A DNA stretch of 13,929 bases from the IMG/VR virus record IMGVR_UViG_3300032038_000006. One strand, 5' to 3'. The translations under genes were made by a program, and so were the position numbers. Numbering within the stretch: position 1 is the first letter of the stretch; every line of letters starts with the position of its first letter. This document shows positions 1-8,874 of the stretch, piece after piece. The notes below the pieces were generated by a model, which was given only the letters and a program-made list of their open reading frames with translations, made no database searches and was not told the origin of the DNA. Source of the stretch: a virus (taxonomy: Duplodnaviria > Heunggongvirae > Uroviricota > Caudoviricetes).

Positions 1-2
1 TC

Positions 3-1031
3 GTAGATACAGGAGAAGGCATGGATGTTGACTGGAGCTTAATCACTACGGGGACATATACGACAAGAATTCGTATTCAGTCAGGAACAACAGTTGATGG
101 ATTGATATTTAAACCAATGCTCTGCACCAAAGCCGCATGGGACATTTCACAGGAATATCAGCCTTACAGACCGAGCTATCAGGAGCTATATGAAAAAGTT
201 GAAACGAATGAAAGCAATATTTCAACCGATGAAGCTGCGCTCGTTGAACTTGTGGACGGAGGAGCGAAAAATGCGATAAATCTCATAGCACCAACCACTG
301 TCAATGGAATGACAATAACGGACGCTGGGAACGGTTCAGTTACGGCGTCTTGCAATAACGAGACTTTATCAAGTGCGGCCTACCATTACAATTTAACGCC
401 TGAAAAAAAATACAAGTTTATAATATATGTAGAAAGTGCAAGTGTTTCGAAGGTTCAATTTAACTGCACTGTGTATGATATTTCAGCCCTTCCGCCAAAA
501 GAGCTTGGTAAGATACAGAGGATAACATCAGTCGGAACGTACTCCATTGATTTTGTAGCAAGCTCTTATGTCCGCATCGCAATTAATTTAAACTCTGGTA
601 CTGCGGCGACGGGCAGTGCAACCTATCGTGCAATGCTCTGCACCGCTGAAGACTACGCAATCAGCCCGGAGATTGTGCCGTATGCGCCGACGAACCGCGA
701 GCTGTATGAAGCCAAAGCTGACATTTCTGAATTGCATGCGCTCTTACCTAACATCACATCATCGACCACAATACAGGATTATGCGAATTCACTATCAAAG
801 GGTGCGTATACGGCGTTCATTGCGAATGTATCAAATCCTCCTGATAGCCCTATAAATGCTAACTGTTTTGTTAATATTTATGTATACAGTGCAAGTTCTA
901 TGGCTGTGGAACTGATTCCTTTAGCAGCCGCTGAAATGCCGCGAACATATACAATGCGGAAAATAGGAGGCGTATGGCGCGGGTGGTACATGGTAGAAGG
1001 CACTCCAGTTGCTTCGTCCACGCAGAGCTGA
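3..1031 (+). CDS. Putative tail fibre / receptor-binding protein, C-terminal part (5'-truncated; the frame is open from position 3, so ATG 21 is probably internal)
   Basis: The frame is open upstream of ATG21 (GTA GAT ACA GGA GAA GGC). It has two copies of a module ending in (K/R)xMLCT..x..YxP+xxELYE. The C-terminus RTYTMRKIGGVWRGWY resembles pyocin-knob-type tail fibre tips (recognition from memory). It ends at TGA 1029-1031 and contains no in-frame TAG. Confidence 0.65.
   Translation, partial: VDTGEGMDVDWSLITTGTYTTRIRIQSGTTVDGLIFKPMLCTKAAWDISQEYQPYRPSYQELYEKVETNESNISTDEAALVELVDGGAKNAINLIAPTTVNGMTITDAGNGSVTASCNNETLSSAAYHYNLTPEKKYKFIIYVESASVSKVQFNCTVYDISALPPKELGKIQRITSVGTYSIDFVASSYVRIAINLNSGTAATGSATYRAMLCTAEDYAISPEIVPYAPTNRELYEAKADISELHALLPNITSSTTIQDYANSLSKGAYTAFIANVSNPPDSPINANCFVNIYVYSASSMAVELIPLAAAEMPRTYTMRKIGGVWRGWYMVEGTPVASSTQS
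115..644 (+). repeat. Internal duplicated module in the tail-fibre ORF, with an exact 14-nt direct repeat CAATGCTCTGCACC at 115-128 and 631-644
   Basis: Protein repeats FKPMLCTKAAWDISQEYQPYRPSYQELYE and YRAMLCTAEDYAISPEIVPYAPTNRELYE. The exact DNA match was read directly. Confidence 0.8.
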
Positions 1032-1176
1032 CAGTGGCAATACAAGCATTACAGGCTCAACTTAATGAATAAAAAGGTAATTTTGTACAATTAGTGATTT
1101 TGAAAGACACACGAATTTACAGTCATTTTAACTAATTTTAAGCAATACTGATATACATACAAATGTTTAAAACCAC

Positions 1177-1254
1177 TATATATTAAAAACTATATAATTG
1201 CTCTGGCTCAAGCGGACTCCCTTCAACCGCTTTGCAATTAATAGTTAATATATA
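1177..1254 (+). other. Long imperfect intergenic hairpin (candidate structured RNA or cis-element)
   Basis: Nested stems: TATATATT(1177-84)/AATATATA(1247-54), AACTAT(1188-93)/ATAGTT(1241-46), AATTGC(1196-1201)/GCAATT(1234-39), AAGCGG(1210-15)/CCGCTT(1227-32), with loop ACTCCCTTCAA. Confidence 0.4.
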
Positions 1255-1261
1255 CAGAGAG

Positions 1262-1297
1262 GTCACAGGGATTTATTATAAGTCCTTGTGACTTTTT
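1262..1297 (+). terminator. Rho-independent terminator upstream of the lysis cassette
   Basis: 14-bp stem GTCACAGGGATTTA-tta-TAAGTCCTTGTGAC (2 G-U pairs) followed by TTTTT. Confidence 0.8.
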
Positions 1298-1352
1298 CTA
1301 CTTATAAGAGGAAATAATAGGTTGATACCTAATTTTTAAGGAGGTTGATATA

Positions 1353-2594
1353 ATGCCATTAACACCAGATAAAACCTTTACTTGGAATGGGTTAAAGGTT
1401 TATGAATATCTTTTAACAAACCATAATCCTTATGGTATTGATATGCCGGGTTATAATCTTCCTGCTGTTCCGTTGGGCGTTACTGTTCATAATACTGAGG
1501 CTATTTCAGTAGCTTCAAATACTACTCCTGCAGAGCAGTATACTCGTGCAACAGTTAACGGCAATATGAAAGACGTAAGAGTTCATTTCTACGTTGATGA
1601 TTATTGTGCTTGGTAGGGCCTCCCCCTTACTTTAAGTGGTTGGCACGCAGCTGACGGCGGCGGTAATGGTAATAGAAAAACTATTGCTATAGAAGTAATC
1701 GGAAATTCTGCAAAGGCAGAAGCTAACTGTGTAAAGTTAGTAGCTTATTTACTTAACAAATATAATCTTAATGTTGAAGATAATCTTTTTACTCACACTC
1801 ATTGGCTTAATGTCCGTGATGGTATTACTGGAAGTAACGATTATCTTAATACTCGTAAGCATCCATATAAATGGTGCCCAATTTATATTCTCCCTCATTG
1901 GTCAACTTTTAAAGCTAATTGTATAGCAGAGTTGAATAAGTTGAAGGGCGGCACAACTCCAGCAACGTCTGAAATGTATCGTATTCGTAAAGAATGGACA
2001 GATGTTAAGTCCCAGATTGGAGCTTATGCATCACTCGATAATGCAAAGAAGGCCTGGAAGGAAGGCTATAAAGTTTTCAATAGCAAGGGAGAAGTTGTTT
2101 ATCCAACTTCAGCAGCTCCTACTCCAACAACTCCAGCTAAACCAGCAACTCCTGCTGCTCCTGCGGCATCAGCTCAGAAATAGATTGATGTAATTTATAA
2201 AGTCCGTATAAATTCTTGGCTTGGAGAAATAAAGAATTGCAATGATTCAAATGATATGGGATATGCTGGTATTAATTATGCTCCAATAAGATGTTTAATG
2301 GCGAAAGCTTCAGAAGGAGTTCTTCATTATCGTGTTCACATTATTGGTGGCGGCTGGCTTGGTTGGATAACTAAGTATAATGCTAATGACTGGTATAATG
2401 GTTATGCAGGACTCCCAGCTTATATGATTGACGGAGTTCAGGCATATCTCACTGGCGTTGATGGATATGAAGTTCAGTATAGAGTATCCACTGTTGGTGG
2501 TCCTTATTTACCTTGGGTAACTGGAACTTAGGATTATGCCGGTATCTATGGTAGAAAGATTGATAAACTTCAAATGAAAATTGTTAAGAAATAA
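1353..2594 (+). CDS. Endolysin: N-acetylmuramoyl-L-alanine amidase (Amidase_2, XlyA-like) + SPOR-like domain + Pro/Ala/Thr linker + ChW-like cell-wall-binding repeats; 413 aa with 3 in-frame TAG (1614, 2181, 2529)
   Basis: SD AAGGAGGT at 1338-1345. The track ORFs 1353, 1932 and 2256 share one frame, interrupted only by TAG, ending at TAA 2592. Motifs VTVHNT, HFYVDD, W*GLP..SGWHAADGGGNGNRKTIAIE, FTH and KWCP match Amidase_2 (predicted Zn ligands H46/H148/C175, catalytic E114). YRIRKEW..KSQIGAY.SLDNAKK is SPOR-like, and YRVH..GGGWLGW / YRVST..GPYLPWV are ChW-like. Confidence 0.93.
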
Positions 2595-2596
2595 TA

Positions 2597-2620
2597 AAGG
2601 GGAGAGTTAAACCTCCCCTT
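2597..2620 (+). promoter_or_regulatory. Hairpin between endolysin and holin (weak terminator or translational control element)
   Basis: AAGGGGAG(2597-2604)/CTCCCCTT(2613-2620) form a perfect 8-bp stem with an 8-nt loop and only a short AATTT tail. It lies 2 nt after the endolysin stop and just before the holin SD. Confidence 0.55.
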
Positions 2621-2640
2621 AATTTAAAGGAGGGATAACA

Positions 2641-2967
2641 ATGGAGAGTATTTTTGCAGCTTTAGGTTTAGGAACTTTAGGCTCAATAAGTGCTATGGCA
2701 TTTTTGACTATGATTATAGTTGAAGTTATGAAAAATGTAGTACCTAAGAAATTCCCTACTTAGATATTAACATTAATTATTGCTCTAATCATTGCTGTTA
2801 TAATTCCATTCCTTGCACCTGGCGTTGTTGTTAGTTTTGCTACTATCGCGGCAAGTGTTCTTAATGGTTTTATTATTGCGTTCATTAGTATGAACGGCTT
2901 TGATTCCCTAAAGAAGATTTGGGAAAGGGTGATAGGAAAGAAGGAGGATGAAGAAAATGGCGAATGA
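2641..2967 (+). CDS. Holin, 108 aa, three hydrophobic segments and a charged C-terminus; 1 in-frame TAG (2761)
   Basis: SD AAAGGAGG at 2626-2633. Sequence: MESIFAALGLGTLGSISAMAFLTMIIVEVMKNVVPKKFPT*ILTLIIALIIAVIIPFLAPGVVVSFATIAASVLNGFIIAFISMNGFDSLKKIWERVIGKKEDEENGE, stop TGA. It is adjacent to the endolysin and missing from the ORF track. Confidence 0.85.
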
Positions 2968-5900
2968 AGGAAAAGAGCGCGAGATAGCCTTTTCTTTGCT
3001 TGAAACTGATGACCTCGGTCTTATTTCTTGGGAAAGTATTATTGATGATTTAAGTACCAATCTTTATATTGATGAAAAGAAAACTGGTGATAATACTTAT
3101 AATGGTAGTAGAAAAGGTTTCGATTAGAAATTTAGAACTACTATACTTGCAGCAGATGCAACTGGTACTCTTCAGGGCGAGTATTTAAATCCCAGACCTT
3201 TAATTAATAAACTCGGATAGACATATAGAGAAGCTCGTCATGACGAGATTCCAATGAATATTCGTAATATGGATTATACTAATAAAATCAAGAGAGAAGA
3301 CGAGGAAGAAGAAAGCGAAGAATATATGGTTGGTAGCCTTACTCTTGAAGAATTATATCATGCACTTGATATATGTAATGATGGTGTTCTTGGTATAGAT
3401 GACGCATGGGCTGTATTGAATATTTATGCAATATATTCAACTCATGCTGAGGCCTATGAAGTTGAATTTTTCAAGCAGATTTTTGAACCAATTACAGAAA
3501 CTGCTTTGAATGAAATTATGACAGAACAAGATACTAACTGGGATGTCGCTTTTGAGCATACCCTTGAATGGGATAGGGAAGGACAGCAATAGGAATATCT
3601 TACTTATGATAATTACCATAATAAGGGTAGCCAATATGCTTATAATGTAATTTATACTAATGAAAATGGTGACGCCATTACTCCCGGCGTATATCCACAA
3701 GATGAATCATATTTTTATGTAGACCATCATCTTGCGAAAGTTCACGGTGTAGACGACGATGACCCAGCAAAATATTATGAATTTATAACTTTTTATGTTA
3801 ATGATTTTGCAGGTAGTTGTAACATAGAAGACTGTGCCAATACTTTAATGTCAAAGATTATAAAAATAAGAAGATAGGGACGTTTAGTTGTTGATGGTAC
3901 ATTAGCTTCAACTATACTTTATCTTGTAGCTAACGCTAAAGGTGAGGGTCATGAAGATAAAGCATATATTACATTTGATGAGTTCTCAACTTTTGTTCAA
4001 GAACATGACGTATTCCCTATGTCTGATGCTGATAAACTTAAGAGATACCTTAATCTTTTAATGCCAAGATACTCAAGAAGAGTTGAGGTAGAAGATTTAG
4101 ATAAGAATTTCTGGGTTATTGGTTAGGTCCTTGATGCTCTTGCAGAGGCCGTATGGAGAGACGATGGTATCGTTGATGCTATTCAAGCTATTATTAAGCA
4201 GTTAAATAACGTTACAAATCAGGTTAATGCTCTTAATATTTTACTTGGTTTGAATGGTGATACCACAATTTCTTTGAGGGGCGGCACATGGGCAACTATG
4301 ACAAATGGATATGACCTTACTAATCTTGTTGCAAGAGTTTAGAGAGGTAATGGTACAAGAGATATATCTATTCCAATTACAAATAGTTATAATATGAGTC
4401 TTGATAATTATGACTATAGTTCTTGGAAAAACTATGTTAAATCTTGGAATAAGCCGCCTTCAGCTTCAGCTTTGGTTAGCGGATGGAATCCAGGTTCAAG
4501 AAAAATAAATGTGTATGATTTGTTCGCTTCTGAAAATGTAGTTCCTTGTTCAGAGACAGCTGCCGGCACAAGCTATTCTATTAACACGACAAGAATTGCA
4601 CACCCATTCTATTATTCATTAGCATAGACAAGTGCAGTTAGTTGGTATTATTCTACTTTAAAATCTATGTGTAATAATGGAGATGAATTTAGGTTTGTTA
4701 AGGATGTAAACATTTTGATGTATAATCCTAACTATTATTCATATAGCGTTGACGACTTAAATAATCCAACTACATTTACTATTACTGAAACAACGGTTTC
4801 AGATAAAACATAGGGTAAGCAAAAATATACATATGATATAACCAAAGTTCTTGCTTATGCAAATAGAAACTTAGCAGAATTAGAATTGATTATGATTAAC
4901 TTTAACCCTAAGTAGGCAGTCACAGATAAAATTGCTGTTGATGCAAGTGGTACTATGCCAACAAATAGTTTTAATAGCTATAACTCATTAGATATGCACT
5001 ATGAAAATGGTGCAAGAACTAATTATCGTTATAATGGTATGACAACTGGTATAAGAAATGCTAAGCTTGACGAAAAGATTGGTATTGGTATTCAGTATTT
5101 TTCTCCCGCTTTAGTAGATAAAGATGGTAGCTCTTTAAGAAAATCAGTTAAAGTTTCTAATGTTTTATCATTAAGACAATCAATGATGAACTCAAGAACT
5201 TCTGAAACATCATCTGTATCTCAACGTTCATTTACAGCAGAATTTCTAAGTGGTAGCGCACCTCTTGCAGTACACACAATGTATGGTGAAAGTGGAAGAA
5301 TTGGAGCTTGCTCATACGTTGTTTCTACTAATAGTTATGATGAAGGTGTTTCACAAGGTCCTATCGCCCAATTCCTAACATATAAGGGAATGGCGCTATC
5401 AAGCGAGGCAGGAAATAGCAGTAGCCTTTAGGCACGCTGCTTTGTTAACGAAAGCGGTAATATTATAAAATATGGCTCTAAGTATTTGCCTATAAAAAAT
5501 AGCTTGGGCGGCCTATTTGATACAATAACAAAAGATGGTACTGTTCTTGGTTGGAAATCTAAAAATGTTATGACATTAGGAGATTTTATTGATTTTACTG
5601 GTAATGACATTTATACTCCGTCTTCAAATAAAATAGCTGGTATTGGTAATATAAGAAGTTTTGTTGAAGGTATAGGATTATAGTATGGTAATGCTTTTGC
5701 CGTTGCAGAGTTCCCAAATGAAATCAATCCTTCTATGGCGCCAAGACTTATAACTGATTTTGTAACTGAAGGAGACGCTCACGTTTCAGACATAAGACAC
5801 TCAAGATAGATTATATTTATTCCTATTTATTATAGTAGAATAGATGGTGGATATAATTACACTATTTATCTTGATTTAACTCAATGCGGTATTGTTATGT

Positions 5901-6274
5901 TTAACTGGCTTGCACAATCAGAATCTTAGATGACTGCAAATAGTGGTAGAAGATTCATCGCTAAAAATCTCGATAATTATTGGCTTGATGGAAATGGCGA
6001 TGTATCAGGAAACTCCGATGGTTCTCACGTACCTATTGGATTTGCTATTATATGTGCTGCCGCAGGTATGCCAGATTTTACAAATCCTCCTGCCGGCACC
6101 GCATGGGCAAATGGATGTGCTACAGTTGATACATTAAATACTTAGCTATTTGGTAAGTCTGTTCTTGGTACTTATATCTTTGAGACAAACTCTCAAGGAG
6201 ATACAAGTGGATTTAATATGCCTCATTTTGCTTTACCTGCTGGTGGGGTAGATATTGATATGAATATAGTTTAA
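2957..6274 (+). CDS. Large hypothetical protein, probably virion-associated; 1105 aa with 14 in-frame TAG
   Basis: SD AAGGAGG at 2941-2947; overlaps the holin end by 11 nt. The track ORFs 3254, 4394, 4955, 5486 and 5930 are all in this frame. TAGs at 3125, 3218, 3590, 3875, 4124, 4340, 4625, 4811, 4913, 5429, 5681, 5807, 5927, 6143, and no TAA/TGA until 6272. The function is inferred from context only. Confidence 0.8.
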
Positions 6275-6281
6275 TATTAAA

Positions 6282-6318
6282 AGAGAGAAGTCAACACTTG
6301 ACTTCTCTCTATTTTTAT
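6282..6318 (+). terminator. Rho-independent terminator after the 1105-aa gene
   Basis: Perfect 13-bp inverted repeat AGAGAGAAGTCAA-cac-TTGACTTCTCTCT followed by ATTTTTAT, 7 nt after the TAA stop. Confidence 0.85.
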
Positions 6319-6326
6319 GCTATAAT
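6298..6326 (+). promoter_or_regulatory. Sigma70/sigmaA-type promoter with extended -10
   Basis: TTGACT(6298-6303), 17-nt spacer, TATAAT(6321-6326), preceded by TG-n. The -35 box lies in the 3' arm of the terminator. Confidence 0.8.
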
Positions 6327-6409
6327 ATTAATAAGTAAAGGATTAGACGTTTCGACTCAAATCTCTACTTTATTATGTAGAAAACAAATTGTACGGAGGT
6401 GCAAAGGAA

Positions 6410-6667
6410 ATGGCAAATGAACAGCGTAAAATGCATGAGTAGGACATAACCTGGGATGATTATGTTGCTCTCGCTGAACAGCCAGACTTTATGAATTAGT
6501 ACAGAGACCAGATATTCTTTGTTACAGATATAGAGTTTTCTGATGCTGTTGAATATTTACTTAACAAAGTAAATGAATTAATGATTAAGTATGATAAACT
6601 TGTCGCAGCTTATTAGGAAGACCACCCCGATTTTGACCCTGACGCAGAAGAGGAGGTTGGTACTTAA
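6410..6667 (+). CDS. Small hypothetical protein, 85 aa, 3 in-frame TAG (6440, 6497, 6614); possible tail adaptor or assembly factor
   Basis: SD GGAGGTG at 6395-6401. Sequence: MANEQRKMHE*DITWDDYVALAEQPDFMN*YRDQIFFVTDIEFSDAVEYLLNKVNELMIKYDKLVAAY*EDHPDFDPDAEEEVGT. Its TAA overlaps the next ATG (TAATG), a typical sign of translational coupling. Confidence 0.8.
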
Positions 6668-8874
6668 TGGGAGTTGTTTTCAGAAATGGTAGACCCTTTG
6701 GAGCGGCCAAAGAAGATGTTACTATTGTAACTAATTTTGAGGATTTAACTAATCTTCCAAATAAAGAAACAAATCATTTATATGTTACTACTTCTGATAA
6801 TACTGAATATTATTGGAATGTTGAGAACAGAGAGTTTGTTCCTTTATCTGCAACTTTTGAGATTGCGGCAGATGAAAACGAGATAGTAATAGGCGATGGA
6901 AAAGGTGGAGTAAAACCACATAGCTTTTGGTTTGCAGAAACGTCAGGAAGTCCTGTCACTTCTGCGAAATTGAAAACTCCTTCACCAACAATAGAAATAG
7001 GAAGTACAATCAGTGTGTCAGAAAACTATTGGGATAATGATAAAAATAATGCTAAATTCTTTATGTCTGGCTCTCCATTACTACAGATGATGAAAAAAGA
7101 AGGAAGTTCTCCTATTATTTCAATGCTTGGTGCTGGTGTCTTTGAGATGTATGCCGATTAGGCACATAATAATTAGATAGCTTATACCCGTACTTTGCCA
7201 AGATTTAGTTCTGGTGAGAAATGTCTGTCTGAAGTTGCTTATTATGCTTATCAAGGTTATTCTCCTTATGGTGGTAACTATACATATTTAAATAATTCAG
7301 AGATTTTTCCATATTTTCATATGTCAAATTCAAGTACAGTTATAATGGAAGGAGCTTCTATTATAAAAACGGCAGACAGTGCAGGCCTTGAAATGGCTGG
7401 TAATGCAGATGTCGTTATTCGTGGCGGAGCACTTACTGATAGTTACGGTAATTAGATTAATTCTGGTTAGATAAGAACTGGTTTATATATGGAGCCAGGT
7501 GCAATGATTAGAATGACAAGAACAGATAGTACCTACGGCGGTGCATATGGACCAATGATTGCTCTTGAAAGTAGTAATTCTGATAAAGGTCCTGGTAAAC
7601 TTGTGCTAACAGCATAGCACAATATCTTTGGTGGAATTTATGACTATGATAGCTCTAATAATTTTGATTTTGATGCTACTTTAGATAAACGTATAATTGA
7701 ATGTAGTGATAGAGTATTCAATAACCGTAGATTTATTTATAATAAATATATTAATCCAGGTTATCTTCCTGCTAATTTAGCTCCGAAACTTTTTTAGCCC
7801 ACATTAAATATTATGGGTAAAACTCACTTATCAATTGGCGATAGCGGATATTTAGCTGCTAAAATTGCACCAGATAAAGATGCTTATATTTCTATTGATT
7901 GGAGTGGATGGGGATATGAAGATGTCAAAATTGGTGCAGGCAAAGATGCAATAGTAACATTTAATATGTGTCATGGTAAAGAAGCAGTTGCAATGTATAA
8001 TATTGAGCCAGAAGCAAAAAGTAATACTACTTTTAATTATTGTCCAAATGGTGTTTCGAGTATTAACTATGCGCCGAAAGGTAGTTGTGCAATATCTTTT
8101 ACTCCAAATTTAATGACAGAAATAACTTGTCAATGGGATACTTTGGATGCCCTAATTGAAGGTGATAATGCTTATATCCAAACATCAGGAAATTTCCATA
8201 CTGAATTGCATGGCGGTTCATTTATAATGAGAACCACAACTCCCGCAAATGATAACATTATTTATGGCGGCCATCCAAGTAATTCACATTTAGAAAGAGA
8301 TTGGACTACATTTGTATAGAATGATTCTGAACCTGTCTTTTAGATGTATGATAAATCTAACTTTGCAATGGCAGCGGATATTGTAAGAGAATATACTGGA
8401 GTTTATAGTTTTACAAATCCAACATCAATGTCACAGTCAGATTTTGAAGCCTCTGCTGAATATCAAACTTTTTTAGATGAACTTGCTACATATAATAGAA
8501 CTTTAATATCATATACCATAAGAAATGAAAGCAATAATAGTGGTTATATCGTTCATATTAAATATAAATTTACAAATGATACTCCAAGAGTTGCTCCAGC
8601 TACATCCACCCATGCTCCTGTTTTTGAAATGTATGGAGAGTCAGAGTTGCGTCTTCGTGATGGAGCTTCTATTAGAGGTACAACAGTTAATAATGAAATT
8701 CAATTCCAATTTGATGATGGAACTAATTCAGTTAGCTTTACAGTTGCGGAATTAACTGCTCTTAAACGCTTTATTGGAACTCTTCCTTCAAGAATTGCTA
8801 ATAATGATAGCGAAGCGACAGAGCCAAATACTTTATATTTTATTCCAGGAGGCGATGAGATTAATGCAAATTAA
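6667..8874 (+). CDS. Putative tail fibre/spike-like protein, paralog A; 735 aa with 8 in-frame TAG
   Basis: SD AGGAGGT at 6651-6657. The track ORFs 6667, 7195, 7813 and 8344 are in frame. TAGs at 7159, 7174, 7453, 7468, 7615, 7795, 8317, 8341; stop TAA 8872. It is colinear with 10345..13179 and rich in Gly/Ser/Asn short beta-repeats. The function is inferred. Confidence 0.75.

Noticed and set aside
616-855. Alternative-frame + strand ORFs (616..855, 2002..2193, 5943..6137, 8525..8755, 9621..10217)
   Set aside because: They are fully nested in longer, SD-led genes in other frames and have shadow-ORF composition with no recognisable motifs.
2117-2167. Short CCA/GCT-rich DNA repeats in the endolysin
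   Set aside because: They simply encode the Pro/Ala/Thr interdomain linker (PTPTTPAKPATPAAPAA) and are not an independent repeat element.
6364-6381. TCTAC-tttattat-GTAGA stem resembling a Cas12a repeat hairpin (possible RNA anti-CRISPR mimic)
   Set aside because: It is only a 5-bp stem with an oversized loop, lacks the exact AATTTCTAC handle, occurs once, and is easily produced by chance in AT-rich DNA.
6275-6409. Suppressor tRNA in this or the other intergenic gaps (1073-1352, 10235-10344)
   Set aside because: No cloverleaf, T-loop GTTCRA motif or CUA anticodon loop could be identified. The hairpins are better explained as terminators or leader structures.
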